Virus record (IMG/VR): IMGVR_UViG_2974668611_000001
Span: 1 to 64,000 of that record
Source of the DNA: a virus
Taxonomy: Duplodnaviria > Caudoviricetes
Length of the DNA stretch: 64,000 nt
Reading direction: 5' to 3' (one strand)
This document shows positions 27,065 through 36,028 of the stretch, one piece after another. Position 1 is the first letter of the stretch; every line of letters starts with the position of its first letter. The translations under genes were made by a program, and so were the position numbers. The notes under the pieces are model-generated. The model saw only the letters and a list, made by a program, of their open reading frames with translations. It was not told the origin of the DNA and did not search any database.

Positions 27065-30000
27065 ATGGCAAGAAGTGCATTTGTTGAAGTTAACATTACT
27101 AACCCTACTAAACTAGCGCAAGATTCACAAGACACTGCCGACAAAGCGGTTCAAGGTGTCACAGATTTAAATGACCCTAATTTAATGTCCGTGATTGAAA
27201 AGCAAAACAACGTTGTGCAGTTCGCTGGTTTAACATCTCAATATAACGTTCTCGTTCAGAACGCTAAAGATGAGGGGATTAGCACAACCGCCGTAACTAC
27301 GGCGTACGATAATTTAAACAAGTTCATGGCTGACGTTCTAGCAGACCCTGACCACGCTAGTGACGTTGACCGTGTAACGTACAAGAAATATCAGGACGCT
27401 TATAATGAAGAATTAGCAAAACTTCAAAGTGCTCTGCAAAACAACGCAAACAATAAAATCACAAGTGCCGCTAGTGCTTCTAGTCAAGCGGCCTCAACAG
27501 CTAGTCAGGCGGCCAGCCAAGCACAGTCTGCTGTTGATTATACTAATAGTCAGATTGCTTCACAGGCAAGTGCTGTTTCAGAAGCTTCTAAGAGCGCTTC
27601 CGAAGCTTCATCGCAAGCTAATAGCGCTCTTGACACTGCCACTAGCGCTACTGCTGAAATCACAAAACTAAAAGGTGGCTCAACCTTAACCATTGCAGAA
27701 TTAGAGAATGGTTTGGGTACGAAGGTTTCTAATGATACATTCACGACGTATCAGACGCAAACCACTAGTCAGTTTGCGGAGACAGTTAAAGAAGCCGACT
27801 TTCAAACTTACCAAACTCAAACAAGCAAATTGATTGAGGCAAAGGTTGATAACGGAACTTATCAAACGGATAAAACTCAAACAGCTAAAGATATTGCTTC
27901 AAAAGTTTCTTCTAGTGATTTTGAATCTTATCAAACGCAAACAGATGGTATGATTGCCAGCAAGGTTTCTAAGAAAGACGCCAACAACGTTAACTTAATA
28001 CCTTACTCTAGCAACTTTTCAGATTCTTTAGAAGGTTGGCAATTAATGGACTGGGGGGCAACTGATAGAAAACTATTAGTAACTACCCACACTTTCTACC
28101 AAAATGGTACTGGAAAGCTACTATATCTCAATACAGCGCAGAATGCAACTTCTGCCGCCGGTTCATTGCGATTTTCAGTGTTGCCAAACACCAAATATAC
28201 ATTCCAATTTAAGGCATTTGCTTCATCTAATGTCGTTGGGGCCAATGTATATTTTCTGTCACGTGCTTATGGTTCAACTGAAGAATATGATACCGTCCAT
28301 GGTTTGTTTAACAATCTAGTGACTTCTCCATCGCATATTGACCAGTATACAGTTACATTCACGACTGGTGCTAATGATAACGAAGGTTATATTCGAGTTG
28401 ACAACATTGGGTCTAATAATAGTGCTTCTTCTGGGTTATTCTTTACTGAACTAAAGATGGAGCCTGGTGATACTGCGACAAACTATATTTACGGCGGTCA
28501 AGATTCTATGATTTCTCAAATGTCTAACGATATTATTTTGAGGGTAACCAAAGATGACCTAATTGACCAAATTAATATTCAAGCTGGTAACACTTTGATT
28601 TCATCTAGTGGTCAATTGACATTATCTGGAAAAAGCGTCTTCCTTGATAGTGTCGACCCTGTTATCATGAAAAGTGCGAACATTGACACACTCCTTGTTG
28701 GTAAGAAATTGACGGCGGCTGACATTGCGGCTAATACTTTTACAACTAACAACGGGACTTTCACAGTAGACTCGAACGGTCTTGTCACAGCTACAAGTTT
28801 AATTATCCGTGGTTCAACGAACCTAGTTTATAACTCAGCATTATCTGGTGGCAATGGCTCATATATTCCGGGGTGGACAATAGGTTCAATGGGGTATTTA
28901 TCAAATGTTACTTTGCATGACGGTGTCCCTTCTGTTGGGTTTAATAATTCAACTGGTTCTGGGAACTGGGTAAACTTTGGGCAGACCAAAAGAGTGCCAC
29001 TAAATGGTTTAACTGGACAGCCTTACAGTGCGTCAGTCTGGTTTATTGACGCCGGTAGTGACGCTACAATGACATACCAAATGGCACTAGCTTTCTATGA
29101 CGCCAACGGTAACAGGTTGCCGGCTGGGAATTACACCAGTGTAAATTTACACGGGACTGGTAGTGCTCAGGCATGGCAGTATCTAACTATCGACGGTTTT
29201 AATGCTCCTAGCACTGCGTCATCTGTCGGCCTACAGTATTGGGCGTACAACGGCAAAGGCCATGCTTTATTTAGCTCACCAATGTTGACACAAACTGCTC
29301 ATTCAACTGGTTATCAACCAGACGCTGGTAACGTTGTTAGTGCCGGTACTGTTTTGGGTAGCATCATTAGTGGTTCAACCATTAATGCGACGACTTTCAA
29401 CGGTGGTGACCTTATTAATAATGCCAACAACACCAGTAATTTTTATCCATTTACCATTGAACCTACTGGTAAAGCTTCCACAACACTCTTCAACTCAATG
29501 GACGCTCTGAGAACAGAGATGAGTGGTGGCGGACTAAGAACCATGTATCGTGCGATAAATGCTTCTGGTAGCCAATATGAAGCTTATGACGGTAATTTTA
29601 GTGGTGACGCGATTTCTTTAAACTCTGGATTTACGAATGGTAGAGACACGTCGTTCTCACAATCTGTTTCTGGCAATCAATTAACTGGTCAAGTTGTGCT
29701 TAGCCCGTTGAACGGAATTCATTTATGGGGGAGCACACAAGCTATTCATTTTAGTGGCCTTCAAATGAATGGGACGGGTATTACGTTTAACAGTTATGGC
29801 AATATCATTGCAGACCAAGCTTCTACTTGGTGGCGGGTTACCAATTTTTCTGGGTCTGATATTGCAAACTTTGGTACTGACACGGCTGGCTCTAACGTCA
29901 TTCAGTTTAATCGTGAGCTAGACATTGGCAATATCCAGATTAATACTGGGCACACAGTAACTAGCGCTGATAAGGGGGCCATTCACTTTGCTAAAGGTGG

Positions 30001-30406
30001 GGGCGGAACTGTTGATATTTATGCTGGCGCTGTTCACTACACAAGTCTTGTTAATTCGTCATTGCTTAGCGTTAAGCGAGACGTGAAGAAAGCAGACACC
30101 GCTTATTGGGCACAATTAGTCAATGCAATTGATTTAGCAACTTATCAATACAAAACAGATGATAACACTAGTCACATTAGATTGTCTGGTATTGTTGATG
30201 ACGTTAATGAAACAAAACAGTGGCAGTTACCGGACATTTTTATCAATCGCGATGAAAATGGAAAGTTAAGTGGTGTTGATAATAGTGTCTTGTTGAACGC
30301 CGCTTTGGCGACTATTCAAGAACAGCAAAAACAAATTTCTACCTTAAACGGGCATAATATGGAATTAGAATCAAGACTTAACAAGCTGGAGGATAAAATC
30401 AAATGA
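27065..30406 (+). CDS. Tail fibre/host-specificity protein with CBM-like domains and C-terminal intramolecular chaperone
   Basis: Ser/Ala-rich stalk, QTQT repeats, two NL(I/V)..S.. carbohydrate-binding-like domains, SSLLSVKRDVK plus terminal coiled coil (peptidase S74-like). Confidence 0.8.
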   Translation: MARSAFVEVNITNPTKLAQDSQDTADKAVQGVTDLNDPNLMSVIEKQNNVVQFAGLTSQYNVLVQNAKDEGISTTAVTTAYDNLNKFMADVLADPDHASDVDRVTYKKYQDAYNEELAKLQSALQNNANNKITSAASASSQAASTASQAASQAQSAVDYTNSQIASQASAVSEASKSASEASSQANSALDTATSATAEITKLKGGSTLTIAELENGLGTKVSNDTFTTYQTQTTSQFAETVKEADFQTYQTQTSKLIEAKVDNGTYQTDKTQTAKDIASKVSSSDFESYQTQTDGMIASKVSKKDANNVNLIPYSSNFSDSLEGWQLMDWGATDRKLLVTTHTFYQNGTGKLLYLNTAQNATSAAGSLRFSVLPNTKYTFQFKAFASSNVVGANVYFLSRAYGSTEEYDTVHGLFNNLVTSPSHIDQYTVTFTTGANDNEGYIRVDNIGSNNSASSGLFFTELKMEPGDTATNYIYGGQDSMISQMSNDIILRVTKDDLIDQINIQAGNTLISSSGQLTLSGKSVFLDSVDPVIMKSANIDTLLVGKKLTAADIAANTFTTNNGTFTVDSNGLVTATSLIIRGSTNLVYNSALSGGNGSYIPGWTIGSMGYLSNVTLHDGVPSVGFNNSTGSGNWVNFGQTKRVPLNGLTGQPYSASVWFIDAGSDATMTYQMALAFYDANGNRLPAGNYTSVNLHGTGSAQAWQYLTIDGFNAPSTASSVGLQYWAYNGKGHALFSSPMLTQTAHSTGYQPDAGNVVSAGTVLGSIISGSTINATTFNGGDLINNANNTSNFYPFTIEPTGKASTTLFNSMDALRTEMSGGGLRTMYRAINASGSQYEAYDGNFSGDAISLNSGFTNGRDTSFSQSVSGNQLTGQVVLSPLNGIHLWGSTQAIHFSGLQMNGTGITFNSYGNIIADQASTWWRVTNFSGSDIANFGTDTAGSNVIQFNRELDIGNIQINTGHTVTSADKGAIHFAKGGGGTVDIYAGAVHYTSLVNSSLLSVKRDVKKADTAYWAQLVNAIDLATYQYKTDDNTSHIRLSGIVDDVNETKQWQLPDIFINRDENGKLSGVDNSVLLNAALATIQEQQKQISTLNGHNMELESRLNKLEDKIK

Positions 30407-30624
30407 ACAACATCTTAATTACGAATTATAAACCAGATTATACGAATAACATTATGACCATTAGTATTCAGATTAACACATTAGCGATTAGTTCACAAGT
30501 AAGCATTACTATGGACGAGTTCAATACCGCTATTATAGGCGGTGTAGATAATGTTAAATTGAAAGTGCTGAATACATTGATTGATAGTTTAACTGCATTA
30601 AAACCATCTAGCGAAGAAAAATAG
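30403..30624 (+). CDS. Small tail-associated hypothetical protein
   Basis: GGAGG SD; overlaps the previous stop. Confidence 0.75.
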   Translation: MNNILITNYKPDYTNNIMTISIQINTLAISSQVSITMDEFNTAIIGGVDNVKLKVLNTLIDSLTALKPSSEEK

Positions 30625-30638
30625 GAGGAAATTAAACT

Positions 30639-31061
30639 ATGAAATTTGAATTACAAAATCAATTCGTCTCACCATCAATTGAATTCCTAAAAAGATTACC
30701 ACTCGCTGGCTATCAATCAATCGCTAGAACACGTTTGATTAAAATGTTGTCTGACAAGAATGATGAAATTGTTGGTCTTCAAAAAGACCTGATTAAAGAA
30801 TATGCTGAAAAAGATGATAAGGGTGAACCTATTGTTAAAGATGGTCAGTATAACTTTACGTCCGAAAATGATTTAGCTTTCAGAAAAGCTTATTTTGAAT
30901 TGATGATGGAAAATGGTGAAATTGAAAAAGCCACTTATTCACATCATAAAGAAGATTGTCAAAGCTTCTTATTAAACGCAGACATTAACGTGTCTGGTGA
31001 TGAAGCAACATGTTACGACGCGTTATGTGAAGCGTTAGATGTTGACTTTGACAAGCGATAG
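30639..31061 (+). CDS. DUF1617-like protein
   Basis: SIARTRLIKML...KEYAEKDDKGE pattern; position after tail fibre. Confidence 0.7.
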   Translation: MKFELQNQFVSPSIEFLKRLPLAGYQSIARTRLIKMLSDKNDEIVGLQKDLIKEYAEKDDKGEPIVKDGQYNFTSENDLAFRKAYFELMMENGEIEKATYSHHKEDCQSFLLNADINVSGDEATCYDALCEALDVDFDKR

Positions 31062-31077
31062 AAAGGAATGATTTGGT

Positions 31078-32277
31078 TTGGCAAAAACATTAGAATATGC
31101 TGATACTTCCGCTCAAACCGTAAAAATTGGCGACACAACCACCAGTTTTGTGATGGTGTTGGGTGAGGATAGCAATCCTGTTGACCTTACCAATGCTACA
31201 AGCATTATTGCCAAGCTAGGTAACAGTACCGGCTACCTAAAATCGCAAACAATCACTTCTGACAATATCCCAGACCCGTTGTCTGGTCAGGTGGTTATTA
31301 AATTTGACTCTGATTTTATGAGTGGGCTTCCAGCAGGTTCTTACTTGTTAGAAGTTTGGGTAACTTATGATAGTGGGGTTGCTATCTACCCTAGTGGTGC
31401 TTTAACAGGGTTCACAATCAATAATAACATTGAAAGTCAATCTGGCTCAGTTATTACAACAATTAGTTATGAAGATTTTGTCGAAGCAATGAATAAGGCC
31501 GCAAGTACGATTGCTAAGGGTGACAAAGGTGATAAAGGTGACATTGGGCCACAAGGTGTTATGACAAATGAACAAGTTAACACAGCTATTGACAGCAAGA
31601 TAAAGTATACTTCTATCCCGAATGGTACTGACTTATTCACTCACATTAATAACACGGGGAATACAGAACATTTGTGTACAAATTCTAATGCGGCCGCTAT
31701 GTCATTGTTGAACTGCCCCGTGACAACGGTATTCACACTTGATATTAAAACCGCTTCACCAGCAAACAGACCAACAGGTTCTGCTGGTGGCCCTACGTGG
31801 GTTTATAATCAGCTTGAACTTCACCCATACCAATCTAGCGATATTTACACAACATCTATCGAAACAGATGGTAATGGTGCATTTGTTACTCACCCATGGA
31901 AAAAGCTTGCTACTCAAACGTCTGGTACTTTAGATGTTGAGTCAGCATTCTATAAATCTGGTACGACTAGTAGCACAGGGGCTTTGAATTACGTGCTAAC
32001 CGGCAATGTATTACACGTCAGCGGTGTGGTTTCCCCAAGTGCTGACCTAGCCATTGGGTCGGCTACTGTATTGTTCAACTTACCATCTTCAATTGGCACT
32101 ATCGCAGAGAATGTTGCTGTTGTTCAGCAATCATCTGGGTGGAACTTATACTGTTTATCGTGGCTTCCAAACGGTGCTGTGTCGGTATTGAAACACAATA
32201 CTGCTGGTACTGCAACAGCAATTACGACCACAACCCAGCTACAAGTATGCGCTGATATTATTATTAATCCTAAGTAA
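31078..32277 (+). CDS. BppU-like baseplate/receptor-binding protein with short collagen-like repeat
   Basis: KIGDTTTSF...YLLEVWV...IYPS N-terminal domain; KGDKGDKGDIGPQG. Confidence 0.75.
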   Translation: MAKTLEYADTSAQTVKIGDTTTSFVMVLGEDSNPVDLTNATSIIAKLGNSTGYLKSQTITSDNIPDPLSGQVVIKFDSDFMSGLPAGSYLLEVWVTYDSGVAIYPSGALTGFTINNNIESQSGSVITTISYEDFVEAMNKAASTIAKGDKGDKGDIGPQGVMTNEQVNTAIDSKIKYTSIPNGTDLFTHINNTGNTEHLCTNSNAAAMSLLNCPVTTVFTLDIKTASPANRPTGSAGGPTWVYNQLELHPYQSSDIYTTSIETDGNGAFVTHPWKKLATQTSGTLDVESAFYKSGTTSSTGALNYVLTGNVLHVSGVVSPSADLAIGSATVLFNLPSSIGTIAENVAVVQQSSGWNLYCLSWLPNGAVSVLKHNTAGTATAITTTTQLQVCADIIINPK

Positions 32278-32350
32278 CAATAAAATTTGAATTTTACTCT
32301 GAAATAAACTATTGATAAGTGAACATTAATATATAAAAGGAGACAAAAAG

Positions 32351-33742
32351 ATGAACAAACGACTAAAACACGTACTATATGGTACTGCATTAGCATTATC
32401 GTTAGGATTATCTGCTTCTGCTATTAGCACGCAGAATGCCAGTGCCGCCAACACTAGTGATGGTGCCATTGTTAAGAAAGTGGTCGATATTTCGGAATGG
32501 CAAGGTAATGTGTCTTATCAGAAAGCTTTAGCTTTGAAATCTGAAACTTCATTTGTAATTGTCCGTGTTCAATACGGTTCTAATTACCAGGACGTTCAAT
32601 ACAAGAACACGATTGCCAACCTCGAAAAGGCCGGGACACCATATGGTGTTTATTCTTATTCACGCTATGTGAATGCTTCTGACGCCAAACAAGAAGCTAA
32701 AGATTTATACAGTCGTGCTAAGAATGCTAAGTTCTTTGTTAACGACGCAGAAGAAGTTACTACGACTAGTGGCTCTTATTCCAGTGCTGTTAAGGCTTGG
32801 GGTGCTGAAATGCAAAGTCTCACCAGCAAACCAGTTATCTTATATTCTGGTAGTTATTTCTACAATAATTATATTGGAACCATGAGCAACTATGACGCTT
32901 TCTGGGAAGCTAACTATAGCAACCATTATCTCAAAGACCCAGCATTATGGCAATACACAGATTCTGGTTATTCAACTAGTCTTGGCTTAGGTGTTGATAC
33001 CAACAAGGTTATCACGTCTAAACACCCTGTGAAGTGGTGGATTGGTTCTAGTGCGGCTGACAAGCAGAACGTAGACAAGTATCACGTTGGCGGATTCAAG
33101 GTTGGCGACAAGGTTAAGATTAACTCTAACGTCGCTAAATGGGACGCTGGCGATACTAAGACTCCAATTGATAGTTCTGTACTAAAGAAGACCTATACTG
33201 TTGGTCAAATCAAGCAAGTAACGGAAGGTAAATCTAACCAGATGCTCTTGTTAAAGAGTGGCAACACTGTTGTTGGTTGGACGTTAGCTGAACACGTTAC
33301 GAAGCAAGGTTCTAGCTCAAACTCTAGCTCATCTAACAGCAACAAGGCTTCCAGCCAGACCTATAACCAAAACGGTACGTTCTACCCAAACACTACTCTG
33401 AATGTTCGTACTGGCGCTGGTACCAACTATTCTAAGGTAGCCACTTATTACAGCGGCGAAAGTGTTAAGTATAACCAAGTAATCATCAAGTCTGACTATG
33501 TGTGGGCTAGATATTTACGTTCTAACGGTTATTATGGATATATTGCTCTGGGCGTAAGCGGTGGCGAAAGCTACGGCAAGCGTGTTGTCGGCTCTTCTCA
33601 TACCTATTATACAGTTAAATCTGGTGACAGTCTATGGAAGATTGCCAATGACCATGGGACTACGATTAGTAATTTAACTAGTCTTAACGGAATTTCGATG
33701 TATAGCACAATCTATCCAAACCAACGACTAATTATCAGCTGA
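32351..33742 (+). CDS. Endolysin: signal peptide, GH25 muramidase, SH3 domain(s), LysM
   Basis: N-terminal Sec signal (ASA), VDISEWQG, DAEE, WQYT, LNVRTGAGTNY, YTVKSGDSLWKIA. Confidence 0.93.
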   Translation: MNKRLKHVLYGTALALSLGLSASAISTQNASAANTSDGAIVKKVVDISEWQGNVSYQKALALKSETSFVIVRVQYGSNYQDVQYKNTIANLEKAGTPYGVYSYSRYVNASDAKQEAKDLYSRAKNAKFFVNDAEEVTTTSGSYSSAVKAWGAEMQSLTSKPVILYSGSYFYNNYIGTMSNYDAFWEANYSNHYLKDPALWQYTDSGYSTSLGLGVDTNKVITSKHPVKWWIGSSAADKQNVDKYHVGGFKVGDKVKINSNVAKWDAGDTKTPIDSSVLKKTYTVGQIKQVTEGKSNQMLLLKSGNTVVGWTLAEHVTKQGSSSNSSSSNSNKASSQTYNQNGTFYPNTTLNVRTGAGTNYSKVATYYSGESVKYNQVIIKSDYVWARYLRSNGYYGYIALGVSGGESYGKRVVGSSHTYYTVKSGDSLWKIANDHGTTISNLTSLNGISMYSTIYPNQRLIIS

Positions 33743-33759
33743 TAAGGGAGGTTCACCAC

Positions 33760-34098
33760 ATGGTATTGAGTAACATTATTGCCGCCGTTCCGCCTCATTA
33801 TTTTTTTGGGTATAATCTCAGTGAGTGGACGGAATTGATTGCCATTGTGAGTGCTTTTTTATCACTAGTTTCTTGGCTGTTTAAACGTGTTATTATTGAC
33901 CCGTTAATGGAAAAGATTAGTGACTTAGGTGACAGTATTAAGCAACTGTCTGCTACGCAGAATGAAGACTCTAATACGTTTATGCAAACGTTAGAGAAAC
34001 ACACCGAAGAACTTGGCGAAGTTAAGATTACAATGGCGAGGCACGATGAAGAATTAAGGTCTCTTTGGAAGGGGAGAAATAAACATGGACAAGATTAA
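33760..34098 (+). CDS. Holin-accessory / XhlA-like membrane protein
   Basis: One TM helix plus coiled coil; in lysis cassette. Confidence 0.65.
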   Translation: MVLSNIIAAVPPHYFFGYNLSEWTELIAIVSAFLSLVSWLFKRVIIDPLMEKISDLGDSIKQLSATQNEDSNTFMQTLEKHTEELGEVKITMARHDEELRSLWKGRNKHGQD

Positions 34099-34693
34099 AA
34101 CTGCATTTAACAACTTTATTGCTCAATTCGTAAAAACATTTGAAGCTAACAAGACCAAGCCTAGCTACTGGTTACAAATTATTGGTTCCATTTTAATTAT
34201 CGGTTTGGCTATTGGCTCAGCATTCTTTGGCTTGAAGATTGACCGCAGTGATGTTCTTATGACGTTTACGGTTATTGGTTCAGTGCTCGCATTCGTGGGT
34301 ACTGTTACAGATAACTCTATCCTTGAAAACGTCGGCAACGGTATTAAAGACGATTCTGACAGCTTAACGAATAGCGAACAGGACGTTCTTAACAAGCTTG
34401 TTGAAGCTCAAAAGGCTATTGAAAATGCAAAGAAGCCTGCTGAAAAGGCGCAGTTGGCATTGAGTGCCGCTAACGAAGCCCAATCCGTAGCGGATAGTTT
34501 AGCAAGTGAGTTATCTAAAGAAGCCGTTTCAGACGCAAGCGTTAATCCACAGGTTGTGACGCAGGCCGTAACTAGTGAATCAGCTAGTGTTGCTGAACCA
34601 GCTAGTGCTATTTCAGAAGCGCCGGTAAGTGAAGCCACGTCAGAAGTTTCTAGCGAAGCTCCTGTTAGTGAAGTTCCTTCTAGCGAAGCCTAG
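34085..34693 (+). CDS. Holin with Ser/Glu/Ala-rich C-terminal tail
   Basis: Two TM helices in the N-terminal half; after endolysin. Confidence 0.7.
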   Translation: MDKIKTAFNNFIAQFVKTFEANKTKPSYWLQIIGSILIIGLAIGSAFFGLKIDRSDVLMTFTVIGSVLAFVGTVTDNSILENVGNGIKDDSDSLTNSEQDVLNKLVEAQKAIENAKKPAEKAQLALSAANEAQSVADSLASELSKEAVSDASVNPQVVTQAVTSESASVAEPASAISEAPVSEATSEVSSEAPVSEVPSSEA

Positions 34694-34750
34694 TATTAAT
34701 CCTCACATTATGTGGGGGTACATAAAATATAAAGGGAATGGTGAGATACA

Positions 34751-35725
34751 ATGGAACTATTTAATCAAGAAGTCTGGGACACAAAAGTCAAAGACGAAGA
34801 CAAAGAAGCCTTAGAAGATTACTTATTGGAGCTAGAAGCCAACGGTCGTGCTGTTAAAACTCGTTACCAATATAAGGCAGATATTCGTGGATTTTTATGT
34901 TACTCAAATAAGAAGTACCCTAAAAAAACTGTAACACAATTAAAGCGTAAAGACTTTCGTAACTTTTTTTTATTAATGCAACGTGATGGTACTAGCCATG
35001 CACGTATTAATCGTTTTCAGAGTAGTATAAGAAACTTTCTGGAATATCTTACTATTAGTGAAGATTATGAGTATGAAATTAATCAAATGCACGCCATTAA
35101 GGGTTTAATCAAAGAACCCGTTAAGACACACACTTACTTGACAGATGGCGAAATAAATATGCTTCTTGATTATTTAATTCGTCACAAGAAATATGAAAAA
35201 GCGTTATTTGTTAGTCTTGCATACGAATCATGCGGTCGTCGGAATGAAATTCTTCAAGTTAAAAAGGACGGATTTGTTAAATCAAATCAAACAAATACCG
35301 TTATTGGTAAGCGTGCAAAGCGTTTTGAATTGATTTATTTTAAGCGCACACAACAGATTGCAGACCTTTATTTAAAGCAACGTGGCGACGATGACATTGA
35401 CAGTCTATGGATTTCAGACTACGGTGAAGAACGCCATGTCATTAACTACTCTGTTTTTTACGAGTGGTGCAATCAATTCGGACGAATTTTGACAAAGCTT
35501 ACTGGTCGTGAAGTCGCTGTTCACCCTCACGACTTTAGACGGACAGGCCTTGAAAACTATTCTGTCGGCACTCACCATGTGTTAGTAGAGTCTGACAAGA
35601 AGGCATTACCACTAGAAGTATTGAAGCTGGTAGCTCATCATTCAAGTTCTGAAACGACAGAAGGCTACTTAAAGAACCATGATGATGATAAATTAAGTAA
35701 TGCGTTCGGGATTGAAATTGAATAA
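34751..35725 (+). CDS. Tyrosine recombinase (XerC/D-like)
   Basis: Catalytic R (CGRRNE), HDFRR, H(SSS) and Y (TEGY) residues. Confidence 0.9.
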   Translation: MELFNQEVWDTKVKDEDKEALEDYLLELEANGRAVKTRYQYKADIRGFLCYSNKKYPKKTVTQLKRKDFRNFFLLMQRDGTSHARINRFQSSIRNFLEYLTISEDYEYEINQMHAIKGLIKEPVKTHTYLTDGEINMLLDYLIRHKKYEKALFVSLAYESCGRRNEILQVKKDGFVKSNQTNTVIGKRAKRFELIYFKRTQQIADLYLKQRGDDDIDSLWISDYGEERHVINYSVFYEWCNQFGRILTKLTGREVAVHPHDFRRTGLENYSVGTHHVLVESDKKALPLEVLKLVAHHSSSETTEGYLKNHDDDKLSNAFGIEIE

Positions 35726-35740
35726 GGAGTGTTTTAAATT

Positions 35741-35989
35741 ATGAATACAATTGAAGTAAGAGATGGAGAAGCAGGCTTAACACGAGCCGTTCTATTTGAT
35801 TCTCGTGCAAAAGGCATGGCGGCATTCTTCACAAAGCGTGATTTAGATGATTACCTTGAACTATTATACTACAAGAATAACAAAGATGACACCAAAATCA
35901 ATAAAAGAAAATACAACGCGATGGTTAAAAAGTTGAACATTGATGAGTATGATTATTGTGGGGTAAAATTAGGATATTTAGTAAAATAA
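35741..35989 (+). CDS. Hypothetical protein
   Basis: AAGGAG SD, 82 aa. Confidence 0.7.
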   Translation: MNTIEVRDGEAGLTRAVLFDSRAKGMAAFFTKRDLDDYLELLYYKNNKDDTKINKRKYNAMVKKLNIDEYDYCGVKLGYLVK

Positions 35990-35996
35990 AAACACG

Positions 35997-36028
35997 AAAA
36001 GGACACCCAAAATAGGGTGCCCTTTTTT
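35997..36028. terminator. Bidirectional intrinsic terminator between convergent late and early units
   Basis: AAAAGGACACCC-AAAATA-GGGTGCCCTTTTTT. Confidence 0.85.
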
